Source: Alloascoidea hylecoeti (taxonomy: Eukaryota). From it: a DNA stretch of 64,000 bases. The position numbers were made by a program, and so were the translations under genes. The stretch lies in assembly GCA_001600815.1 (NCBI GenBank), contig BCKZ01000020.1, positions 274,831 through 338,830 on the forward strand, read 5' to 3'. The number at the start of each line of letters is the position of its first letter. Within the stretch, counting starts at the first letter, position 1. The notes beneath the pieces were generated by a model, which ran no database searches, was not told where the DNA came from, and saw only the letters and a program-made list of their open reading frames with translations. Below are positions 48,864 through 60,589 of this stretch, one piece after another.

Positions 48864-49952
48864 TTAGTTCTTGAAAGCTTTATCGAATCCAGTGAGTGTA
48901 AATCTATACTTCACATCACTCTTGTCACAACGAGTGAGAGCTTCTGAACATGATTCTTCACTAATCTGAAGAGTTTCAACCCAAGGCTTAATACCAGTTT
49001 TAGCAGCCAATTTCAACATTTCTAAAGCTTCCGCCCTACTTCCCAAAGCAGAACTTCCAATAAAGGAACCGTTTCTTAGTAGAGTAGCTGGAGAAACAGT
49101 GAAGGTTTCATCTGCGGATGGCAAACCGACGGAAACAAACTTTGCGTGAATTTTAAGTGTTGCAACAAAAGCATTAATATCTAAGTCTGACAAGCTTGAG
49201 GCACAATTCAATAAAAAATCAAATCTATCATGATGATTGTTAGACCACCCATCCTCATTAGTTGCTATAAATCCATCAACTCCCATTTTCTTAGCATCAG
49301 CTTCCTTTGAGCGAGTTCTTGAGATAGCATAAACTTCAGCGCCAAAGGCTTTTGCAAACATGATTGCCAAATGTCCAAGTCCACCGATACCTACAATTCC
49401 AACTGTTGTTCCCTTTTTAACATTATTTCTATACAATGGAGAGAACACAGTTAAACCAGCACACATCAATGGAGCAGCATAAATTGATTCAATTTCATCA
49501 GGAATTTGGAAAGCAAAATGTTCATGAACACGGATATGAGAAGCATAACCTCCTTGAGAGACATAATTGTGTTTGGAGTAAACACCATCATAAGTAGTAA
49601 CAGAATTTGAGCAGTACATTTCATTGTTGGATTTGCATCTTGAACATTCAAGACAAGATAAAGCCTGAGCACCAACACCAACCCGATCTCCAACTTTTAC
49701 TCCAGTATCACATTTAGGTCCAACACGAATAACTTTACCAATGATTTCATGTCCAACTACCAGAGGGTAGTGGGGTGTTCCCCAATTGCTTTTAACTGTA
49801 TGACAATCAGATCCGCAAACACCGCAACATTCAATTTCAATATCAATATCATTGTCATCGAATGGTTTAGGAGCATATGAAGTTCTTTTTGGTTTGTTCC
49901 ATTCTGCTTTTGAATGAACAGCAAAACCTTCAATTTGTTCTGGAAATGTCAT
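48864..49952 (-). CDS. NADPH-dependent cinnamyl-type medium-chain alcohol dehydrogenase (Adh6/Adh7-like)
   Basis: CGVCGSD, GHEIIG, CLECSRCKSNNEMYC, APLMCAGLTVFSPL, GIGGLGH, DVKYRFTL. Confidence 0.93.
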   Translation of the reverse strand: MTFPEQIEGFAVHSKAEWNKPKRTSYAPKPFDDNDIDIEIECCGVCGSDCHTVKSNWGTPHYPLVVGHEIIGKVIRVGPKCDTGVKVGDRVGVGAQALSCLECSRCKSNNEMYCSNSVTTYDGVYSKHNYVSQGGYASHIRVHEHFAFQIPDEIESIYAAPLMCAGLTVFSPLYRNNVKKGTTVGIVGIGGLGHLAIMFAKAFGAEVYAISRTRSKEADAKKMGVDGFIATNEDGWSNNHHDRFDFLLNCASSLSDLDINAFVATLKIHAKFVSVGLPSADETFTVSPATLLRNGSFIGSSALGSRAEALEMLKLAAKTGIKPWVETLQISEESCSEALTRCDKSDVKYRFTLTGFDKAFKN

Positions 49953-51199
49953 TGTTATTTAAATAAATTAAGTAAATAAAGCAAAGATTGTAAATTGTAA
50001 TTGAGTAAAATTTTTTTGTGAAAATCAGGACCTCATGATTTAAATAAAGTTTATGTCGTAACTTGTATATCATCAATTTTTAATTACTCATCAGCTATTT
50101 TAGACTGTTCTATTAAAATTTAATATTATGTGTATATATGTAACATTATTAAGCTAATAACAGGGTTAGCCCGGATGGGATTAATTGCTTCATTAATATT
50201 ATGATATTCGTATCACTATTAAAGTTACGAGAATATAGTCACATTTAATAATGGAAAAGTATTAGTAAATTAGTACCCACCAAATGAATATTAATTATAA
50301 GACGGATAACGCTTCAATGTACCATGCTATAATTTTTATATTCATATTTAGAGGTTGATTGGATGAGCATTGCAATTGAGCTGTAAAGATAAAAATTTAA
50401 GTCAATTAAAATAATAAATTCTGAGATGAGATTCATGCGCTATTATGTTTATTATGCTTGTACATGTAGAAACCTTAAAAAAGTTGTTAAAGCAACCAAG
50501 GGTCCATGATACTAAATAAACTTATTAAATCAAAACATATGTAGATCCATATTTCATGTATTTTTCAACCACTGTGTACCTTATTTATAATTTATATATC
50601 AACTGCAAATAAATTACAATTGCAATAAATTTTGTTCTAGATATAAAAATCCTTAGGCTTAATTATAGTTTCAGATATAGGCGTTATACTTATCTATATA
50701 TAACATATTATACAGATGCCGATATATTTTAATATATAATTAACGTTTTATTAATAATCTTTTGAACTTTATAAATGTACCTATACGTATTATGTAGTAA
50801 TGAACACAAAGCAAACCCATAATTAGGGTACATCCATCTCCTAGCTATATAAGCTTATAGCTCTGACCTTTTTTTAATCAATCCGCCTAAAGTTACCCTC
50901 ACTTAATTAATTGGTGGTCCCTTAAATTTATATCTTACCATCATTAGGCAGAGATATTTTATTACATAGTTACATGTATATGGTATATATTTTGAGAATT
51001 CTTAGTGTGGTTTCTAGAAGTTTAAATGATAAATGCAGTCGTAGAAAATCAGGTCTGGGGAGCGAGCGTGCGTTTTTTTTAGACATTCCTCTAGAAATCC
51101 CATCTTTTTAAATATTCCATAGAATAACTTCTGAAATTCCGTAAAGCAAGATTCCAGGTAATTCTACTTCTAGAATCTAGCTGCAACCAACTCAACTAG

Positions 51200-51980
51200 G
51201 AAGATTGAGATATATAATCGGAGTAAACATGGCTTCTCAATTTCTGAAATAGAGCAGCATAATACTACACCTTCAACTATGCAATTTACTATAAAGAAAT
51301 ACACCAACAACTTTTCTGGAATAATACCCCCTTGAATAAAAGAGCCTGAAACATACTCTGAAATACTAGTGATTGTGAGGATTTTGAACGCTTTCCCCTT
51401 GGATGCGTTTGTTGAGCAAGCCTGGCTTTAAAGTTCAACAATAGAACTAAGAACGCTTCTGTAAAAAGATGAATATGGAATATCTTCAGCATTTAAAAGG
51501 TCTTACCTAAATTAAGATTGTAGATATTCCATGACATTTGGGATGGTGTTATATACGATGTATTATATAGTGGTGAATGTTTGGTTGTTACGGGATCCGG
51601 ATCTAGAAAAGTATATGCTCCACAACAGTCATACCAAGCCTTTGAATCAAAAAAATATTTATATACTACAGGGAAGTCTAAGTTTATGGACTATAATTTG
51701 GAAATGAAACCATGCTTCACTGTGTAGATTCCTAATAGGAGAAGAAAAACCCTCACGTTCCTACATGGAACTTCCGGAAGAGGCCTTTGAATGGATCCCC
51801 GAGAGTCTTATATTCAAACAGGATAACACACATATTCATAGAGCCGAAATTGGAATTAATTGGTTTCAAAATATTGGGACCTTGTGGATCAGGATCATTG
51901 ATAATTTGACTCTATGCCTCGTGGGGTAGGATGGTAGCAGTTTATGGTGTTAAGGATGTCAACACTACTAAAATCCAAAT
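51200..51980 (+). mobile_element. Tc1/mariner transposase relic 4 (longest; 5' limit approximate)
   Basis: DVLYSGECLVVTGSGSRKVY (SDE changed to SGE at 51572), RSYMELPEEAFEWIPESLIFKQDNTHIHRAEIGINW (D at 51822), then WDLVDQD, DSMPR, AVYGVK; the WPP-SPDLN block is deleted. Confidence 0.8.
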
Positions 51981-52499
51981 GTCATTTTATATTGTTTAAT
52001 AGAATCTAGTAGCTATGGAAGACTATTAAGCACATTTTAAGATCTTGTCGAGTATTTGGTGGCTTCTATTAGGTCATAAAAGGCTACTCTCAACCAAGAA
52101 TGACGTTTATTTTTATATTAATCAGAAGCGAATAGATGATAATGTAAATAATTCGCGATATCGAAGAAGAATTTTTCGTTTCTTCTTCTACATGTAAATA
52201 TAGATTCTTCAGATATTAAATATAAATAATAATAATTATAATAACCCTCTAGATAAACATCATTTAAGATTATTGAAACCTTAATCGTTTTTGACGATTC
52301 GGAGATATTACTTTTGTTTTGTTGCTCTTACCTTCTATAAGTACTGTGAGTATATGGTGCGTATACTTGATAAGGTAATTTATAATTATGCACAGACCTA
52401 AAAATGACAACTATTCTTTTTTTCTGGAAATGTAGATGGCTCAGTTTAAGTATATTTATACCCTTCAATTTTTTCATCCTATACTTTATCATATTTAAA

Positions 52500-54139
52500 A
52501 TGGCTCAACTGAACGATCTTCCACACGAAGTTATCCAGATAATTATTGATCACTTATCATTTTCCGTTTCTTTGCGCTTTCGTGAAACTTTTATCGATTA
52601 TTTTCATCTTGTTGAACTGGCTTTTTCTACTTTAAAAGTCGATGAGATTGCTTTAATATTTCAATCATCTCAAAATATGTCAGTTTATATTAAGAGATAA
52701 ATTTCAAATTATCAAATATAATTTATATTCAAAACAACAAGAAAACCTTAACATTTAATATCCTTGATACATATAGTATACAATCCAAACCTATTATGTA
52801 TAGGTATCCTATTTGTGTCCAATATGTAGACAATATAATTGATCCTCGTGACCATACCCAAACTGAGTTTGATGATTACTCCATAGATGAGTATAAAACC
52901 AATATTCAGTCAACACCTGAAGACGAAGAAGATGAGAAGCTGCTATAAATCAGTCATATTACTCGCAATATTAGTATTGATGCTAATGTCAATATTTTCT
53001 CATTTGGGAAAAGTTTCTCGTGTTTTGATTATCAAATATATGGTGATGAGTTTAAATCGAATGGAACAGTGCCATTTCCTCGTCAAAATAAATCATCCGT
53101 CAAAATTTCAACTGCACCAAATAATTTGCCACATGCAGTAAAAGAAGTTGGAAAATGGAATATACCAATTGCAGCAAAAACATGTCTTGGCGAGTCAACG
53201 GCCGCGGAAGTGAATAATATACTAAAAGATAATATTAATGGTTTTAGTGCTTCACATGGAAAGTATCTCATTAATCTGAAATTGGAATATAATACAGATC
53301 ATTGTTGCTCTCACTATGTAGAAGAAGTTGAGGACTCGTTTTCATATTTACCAGTAAGTCATACTTTTACTTGTTATAATAATCAATTAGAAGGTAGTAC
53401 AATAAATTCAAAAATAATGTGGAAGATAAAACTTAACTCCAAGACAAATAATATAAATGTATTTATGAGTGTCAAAAATGACCTTCAAATCAAATTCTTA
53501 AATGATCGATATGTGATGATTCCGATCAACATTTTAATTGCAATGAAGGGTTCTCTGAACTCACGCTCAAATTCCAATTCTCCACATGATAATGAAAATC
53601 TATATTGGTATATCATTAATTTATCTTTTGGTTGCTTTAATATGCAGAAAAATCGTTTTGGTTCAATTTTAAATATAGACTCAGAAATTAAAAAGAACAT
53701 TTATCGGGCTGGCCAGATCTATGTTGATGGTCCTGATGTATTTACAACTGTTTCTGATTACTTACATACTCCAAATGAAGAACGGACTCATGCGAATATA
53801 GATTCAGATGGATATATCAAACCGTTTTTACACAAGGTGCTTATGATGCCTCTAAATTCATTTTTACTAGCATCTCAAATTGGTAAATGTGATGAGCTTT
53901 TAATAAATAATATTTCTTCAGAACTTAAACACAAAATTGGTCTTCACAGTTTTAATAATTATAATGAAAGCTATATTCGAAATCCTTCTAGAAAAAAAAT
54001 TTTGAGATTAAGAAAATTCCAACAGAGCAAATTAAATGGAAATCAGTTTTTTAAAATGTCGATCGGTTATGGGGTAAGAACACAACTAGTACCTCCAACA
54101 TTTCATGGCGAGATTCCTATGTTTCATTACAATTCATGA
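52500..54139 (+). pseudogene. Disrupted F-box gene
   Basis: MAQLNDLPHEVIQIIIDHLSF (F-box) from ATG 52500 stops at 52698-52700; coding-like sequence resumes in another frame, has an in-frame TAA at 52946-52948, then runs open to 54139. Confidence 0.7.
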
Positions 54140-56831
54140 TTTAGGCTTTGTATAGATTATAAAAACTTTTGGAATAATAAGATCATAATTCTAGCTGATT
54201 ATTCTGTCTATAAGGATGAAAGTGCTGAACTACATAATAGCTATTCAATAGTTTATATGTTATGATCTTGAAACAGATAGACAACAATATATAAAACAAA
54301 ATTTTTAGAGAGTCCAAACAAAAAATAAAATTAATATGATATGGATCTTATGTTGAATTATTAATTTAAATATTATATAGTTAAGAAATTTCCTTATAGT
54401 TTTTAGACATAAGATTACTCACTTCTCCCAAGTTCTTCTAATGATTTCCTTTCATTTTAATTTTTAATTTTTCGTCTTTTGATTTCTTTTTCAATATAAA
54501 GCTAACTCATTGTTGTCCAATAATTAATACGTTATCTCTTGGTATACTTATAAAGCTTTTTAGATATAAGTTATATTAATATCAAAAATTCGAACATTTG
54601 CTTCCTTTAAATTAATGTTAGGTATGTAGCTATAGCTATAACCACGAAGTAGTCATACTACGAGAATTGTAGAATATCCAATGAGCTCACGAAGCCTCGT
54701 GTAAAAATCCAAAAAAAAAGTCATTATGTGATTCCCATTATAGAACTTCACTGAACAAATTACTATTCACCAAGTGAAACACTCAAATCTTAGACTGTGT
54801 TAATATATTCATTGATTCAGAGTCACATTTACCATACACCCAATTAGTTATCCAAGTTTTCAATTGAAATGAAATAATTTTCTACTTCCAATATTCATTG
54901 AACTATTTTGTTCCTTCTCCTCCTTGAGCTTCACCAATTCTTGCATAGTTTCATTTAGTTGTTTAATATAAATCTCTAAGCTCATTGTTGTGTAAGCGAT
55001 TTAATGTGTTATAGGAAAATTATTAATCTATTCTCAGTTATCTTATTATAAGTGGAAATCATCTACTCTATATATATGTAATTTATTCTACCCCTCAAAA
55101 ATAATGTAAATCTTCTAAGTCATGATGTTTCAAGCTAGTAAACCCAATAAACTATTTTCATTCTTATACTTATACTTATACTTATAACTATGAATCAAGG
55201 TGAATTATAATGCTACTATAGCCTATATATATAACTATCTATATGTATTATATTATTTACTTGCGAATGTAATTGAATCTAATTAAATAACAATGCAGTC
55301 AAACAAAAGCTTAGTCTATTATAAAAGAGGGAATGTCTCTTCTTATATAGATTAGATAATTAACTTTTTACTAAAAAGAGGTGGTTGGTAACATTAGAAT
55401 GAGGAGGTAGATAATACCAGTACTCGATGGTTTAAAAGTTTTGATATACTCAGTCCAATATTACGAAGTTGAAAAAATATTTTATCAACGATTTTATAAT
55501 TTAATCCAACTTTTAGAGTGAAATTATTAGAACTTCCTTTTATTGTATTATATGTAGTTAAGTCAACCAATAGTCTCAAAATCACAAGCATAGCAAGTTG
55601 TAATGTGAATTCTCCATCATATATTCAATATATATTAATTGAAATCTTTAGCTTTTTTGATCCTTTTTGTTTAACAGCTCATTTACTTTATTGTTAATGA
55701 GATGTTGATATCGATATCTACCAATATCACTTTTAGCTGCAACTGCAGTACTGTCACTGGATGATTTCGGAAACTAAATGAATGATATCATGATTGGTAA
55801 CGTGTACAGTCTTATAAAATTGCAACAACACTGAATAAATTAGTGGCTTCTTCCCATATTATATTAACATGACAATCAGCTACTAATCTATGGCTAGTTA
55901 TATTCATTTCAATATCATGCCATTTAGAGCTTCCATACGTTCAGAGCATCTAGGAACCGATAATTTACAGTTAATAGCATTTGGCAAAACAGGTGGAATC
56001 CCCTCTAGTTTTCAGTGTTTCTATCAACATTAGGAGTGCATTCTTTAATTCCCACGAATATTGCAGTATGACAAGGGAGTATCATTAAACTAAGAAGTTT
56101 AAATGCTAATGAAGAGGGGTTCTACTAAGCTACAGCATTTTATTTTACTAGACCAAATCATTCTTGTTGTAAATATTTTATTTTAATATTATTCTGGAAT
56201 ACACATTTTAATGAAGCTGTAGGAATCAATAAACAATTATCTTTCTTTATCTTCTTATTTATAATTGAGCCATTTTAATGGTTATAGATTCGGTTGTTTG
56301 AGGCCCCATTCTTAATTAGCTCCCCATATTGAAATTGTGGTTGTATGCATAATAAAACTGCGTATAAAGAACTCCAAATATTAGTATTATCTACTCATTA
56401 ATTAATCATAGTTTTCAAAAATATTTTTCTATAAGTGAAAATATGTGGTCTACTTGTTTCGATGAATAACAAATTTAAATTCAGGATCTCTTAATATATC
56501 CTCAACATATAAGACTATATATATATAAGGTTATAACACCTACGTGAGGCTCTAATACTTACATAAGGTTCATATACAACAGACTCCATCCTGTTCTTGA
56601 TGATTTTGAACAACGTTGAACGTAGTAAAATCTTGAATTTAAGGCTATATATCCCTATACGGAATACGCACAATTTTAAGTAGTGTTGCGCATAAATGTG
56701 CTGCTACCCCGGATTTCTCAGCACGTGTGTGCGATTTTATATTTTTGGTTTTGAGATTCTTTTCTTTCCTTCTTTTAAATTTGGATATTTATTGATCTTC
56801 TCACCTTCTTTTTTTATTAATATTAAGCAAA

Positions 56832-58763
56832 ATGACTAAATATAATACAGACGACCAGAAATGGCAGGCTCTACTGGACAGAGACCCCGACGCTGAGGGT
56901 CAATTTGTGTACGGAGTCACCTCCACTTTTATAGTGTGTCGCCCCATTTGTCCTAGCAGACTGGGCCTCAAAAGAAATGTTGTGTTTTTTAACACAATAA
57001 ACGAAGCTATTTCAAATGGTTACCGACCATGCAAAAGGTGTAAGCCAGATGATGAAACATGGAACAAACAAAGGCAGGTTGTTATGGACAGTTGTGAAAT
57101 TATACAAGATACGGTTGAAAGAGGGGGAAAAAAAATTTGCCTTGAAGACCTTAGTAAAAAAGTTGGGCTATCGAAATGGCATTTTCTTAGGGTATTTAAA
57201 AATTATACCCAACTGACACCCAGAGAATACTATTCCCAGCTTAAATCAGGAGATATAAGTAAGATCATATCATTTCCTAAAATTGTCACCAAAAAAACTC
57301 TTCAACTAAGGAAAGAAAAGAAAGAAAATCAACGAAAAGCTTTACAGGAAACCATCACCCCAACAAGTTCATCAGACAGGAAACTGACGGAAAAAGAAGT
57401 GTGTGAAGGAGGTTGTGATGTCTCTCCCAATAATGATAGTTTCACGAGCGAAAATTCAACAAAACAACATTTAATCAAAGCCCCCAACTTAGCGAACACA
57501 TGTCTCAATAATAATAATATAAATTCCGATGCCGAGGATTATCAAAACATATTAAATGAATTTATGGAATTCCCCCAGGAACTAATGTATTCCGACCTTT
57601 CTCAGAATCAATCGAAACAAAATAATGAATTCGCCAATAAAGCATGCCATCCCGCAATGTCTCCAGCAAGTTTAAATATCGGCTTAACATTGCCGACTCC
57701 AACATCACCCTCAAGTACTACAAATAATCATCCAACCATGGGTGCTAAAGAAATTGATATTTTTAATCTAGATGATCATACTCATCCACAGCCAAAGAAA
57801 GTGAAATTAAATGATGCAACTTCTGTTCCGATTAATAGAAATCATCATCAACCACAAAGACCGGAATTTCATCATAAATATCGACACTCATCAACTTCGG
57901 TACCTTTAAATGTAATGAGTCCCTTTTTACAACCACACTCTAATTATTTCTCTCCCTATTTGACTCCATCTTATAATGTTCCAGAATCTCCAGACCTTCT
58001 CCCAAATCTCAAAGTTGAAGGATTTCAACCACAATTACAATATATATCACCACTAGCTGAACCTATTGATGTAGAGCATGGTCTCTCGCCCTTAGGGTTT
58101 CCAACTCCTTTAAACTTGAATGATACACGGAAAAAATCAATTCACAATCCATCAGCTTCAATTAATCGATATTCTCAAATTTCAAGTCGTTTGTCATCGC
58201 ATGGTATTAATATTGGGAGTACTTTTACTTCCGGATCCAGAGTCCCTAAATTTCCCCTTAGTGTAGGCTCAAGTTTACATGACTTAACTTCCGATCTTGA
58301 TTTACCTTATAACCAGCAAGGTGGTTTGAAAAATTCGTCTGATTATGAATTATCACCCCAGTCTGTTACAAAGAGACCGATTTCAGAAACTACTTATCTA
58401 CAGAATGATATTGTTTCACAAATGTATACGAAAATGTCTCCAACTCAAATGTCTTTTCCACAATCACAATTTGATATACTACCAGAGTCTAATTTCAATG
58501 TTTCTTCGGAACAACAAGGTAGCAATTCAAATACTGAGTCTCCTATGACCTTACAAGCAAAACAAATGATTAAAAAAGAATCATTGAAGAGTATCAATGA
58601 AAATGAAATAGCTTTTACGATGAATTTAAATATGGGCGGGGAAAACTTAAGCTGTAATGAAATTCAGAATAAACAATTTCCACAAACGGCGGGAGATTCG
58701 GAAGAACAAGATAATTTATTGGAATATTTCCCAGAGTTACAGGCATTCCAATTTCAACAGTAA
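56832..58763 (+). CDS. Ada-type Zn-binding (methylphosphotriester methyltransferase) domain + AraC-type HTH + long low-complexity tail (643 aa)
   Basis: C36-RPI-C40 and GYRP-C67-KR-C70 have the same spacing as E. coli Ada C38/C42/C69/C72; HTH LEDLSKKVGLSKWHFLRVFKNYTQLTPREY; no PCHR motif. Confidence 0.9.
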   Translation: MTKYNTDDQKWQALLDRDPDAEGQFVYGVTSTFIVCRPICPSRLGLKRNVVFFNTINEAISNGYRPCKRCKPDDETWNKQRQVVMDSCEIIQDTVERGGKKICLEDLSKKVGLSKWHFLRVFKNYTQLTPREYYSQLKSGDISKIISFPKIVTKKTLQLRKEKKENQRKALQETITPTSSSDRKLTEKEVCEGGCDVSPNNDSFTSENSTKQHLIKAPNLANTCLNNNNINSDAEDYQNILNEFMEFPQELMYSDLSQNQSKQNNEFANKACHPAMSPASLNIGLTLPTPTSPSSTTNNHPTMGAKEIDIFNLDDHTHPQPKKVKLNDATSVPINRNHHQPQRPEFHHKYRHSSTSVPLNVMSPFLQPHSNYFSPYLTPSYNVPESPDLLPNLKVEGFQPQLQYISPLAEPIDVEHGLSPLGFPTPLNLNDTRKKSIHNPSASINRYSQISSRLSSHGINIGSTFTSGSRVPKFPLSVGSSLHDLTSDLDLPYNQQGGLKNSSDYELSPQSVTKRPISETTYLQNDIVSQMYTKMSPTQMSFPQSQFDILPESNFNVSSEQQGSNSNTESPMTLQAKQMIKKESLKSINENEIAFTMNLNMGGENLSCNEIQNKQFPQTAGDSEEQDNLLEYFPELQAFQFQQ

Positions 58764-60589
58764 TTAATTAAATTCGAGGGTGATGACATTAAATTTATAA
58801 AGTTTTCTTTTTCAACATTTGCATTTAATTTTTAGATTTTTAAACCTTCCTATAAATATAATTAGCCTTACAATTAATATCTTGTGATATATTATAAAGG
58901 CGGTTTCTGAAATGTTTTTAACGATGATGATGTTTTTTCTTTCTTTTTTCTGTCTTATTTTTTTAAATGAACAATATCACTACAATTTTATGTTTATGGC
59001 TAACTAAAAGAGTTTAATATCTTGCAATATATGATATAAATTTACACTTTCTTCTTTTATCTTATTATAAACGATTTATTTTTTATTTTTATTTTGTTTA
59101 ATCTATTGTATTTTTGCTTGCTGAATTATTTTGGTGCGTTTTCAGGTATAAAAAGTACAAGTATTTGATTTTTAAATTTTATATTTATTTTTTTGTTGGA
59201 TACACTTAAGCTTATGACTTACTTATTTATTCTTTGTTCCATCTAACTTTACGAAACTTAACTATTATTAGGAATATTACTAAAAAATAACTGGCATGGA
59301 AACAGTTATTCCAGTACGATTTTATATTAATAGTGTATTTTTGTATATTCAATAATAATCTCAGTTAAACCTTTTGTTGGATTTTTATAATTAATCATTT
59401 TAGAAACAAATTTGCAAGTTTGCGTAATGGAACAGGTAAATGACCAAATTAGATCTGGACTAGGTCTGCGTGTGAACCGATCATCAACAATAATTTAGAG
59501 AGGGGTCGATAAGTGACCCGATATTTTGTGCTTGAGCTGGGATATGCGATACATAAATGTGCATCTCGTAACGCCTATATATTCCTTTTTGAATCAATAT
59601 CTTAGGTTTCCCATGCCATACACATCCACAACAATAGGTATAAAGCTTATAGTCAATGCCCCAAATATAACAGAAATTCTACTACGAACTCTTATAAGAG
59701 TCATATAACATAGCTATAGACTATACAAAGCTTGGAGCATATTATTCGGCTAGCTAAGATAAAGGGAATCAATCAATCTTATAATCAAGACGAAAACCAA
59801 ATGTTTCTAACATATTTCTCAAAAAGTTTGGCTTTAATATTAATTTCCAATACAACTGTATTTAAGAGTAAAAGAGTAAATTACAATACATTCTGAAGGA
59901 ACGATTGAAATCTTCTAGTAATAATTAAGGAATATAACTAGTTAGTGAATATGTCTCCAAGTACCAAACAATTCATGTACATGTAACGTTGATGAGAAGT
60001 TTAATGAAGTCAATTGCAATAAAGAATAATGAGAAATTCAATAATAATATGGTGAAAAAGTGGCTGAAACGCACTGTTAGAATAAGAAAAATATATAATC
60101 ATAAGTGACTTCCTATTTATATAACATTTCGGTTGAATAAGAAGAATCAATAATATTTTTTCTGTGTGAGAGCTTTGTCTTTTTATTTTGGGATGTAAAC
60201 TGTATTTATCTAGGCTATTTAATGGCTTATCCTCATCTTTAAGAATAACGATCTGTTGGTGATATATTCTTACGAACATTTGATATTACCGCATAATCAT
60301 CAAGAAAAGAATGTTTACTCGTTCCAGTGTTTGACCTGAGGTTGAGGAAGCATTAGTCAGCCTCAAAATAAGTTTGAAGCCTTGAACAAAGGAAGCAAAT
60401 ACCGGATTGATTGTTTTCAACATAATTGAAATATTTCAAGGAATCCCATTGATCAACTCTCTACAAGGTGGAGACAATGCATTGGCAATTTCAATGACAA
60501 TGGTAACTAATAGAAGTAAGAAATAGGCTCTACTACCCGTTATATTGTTTCTGTTTTTTTTTCCAGACAAGAATTTTTTTATTCTCACA

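Noticed and set aside
59540..59680. Possible fifth Tc1 fragment (minus strand LWMCMAWE, IDSKRNI)
   Set aside because: Resembles the VWGC..W block only weakly, with no catalytic motif nearby.
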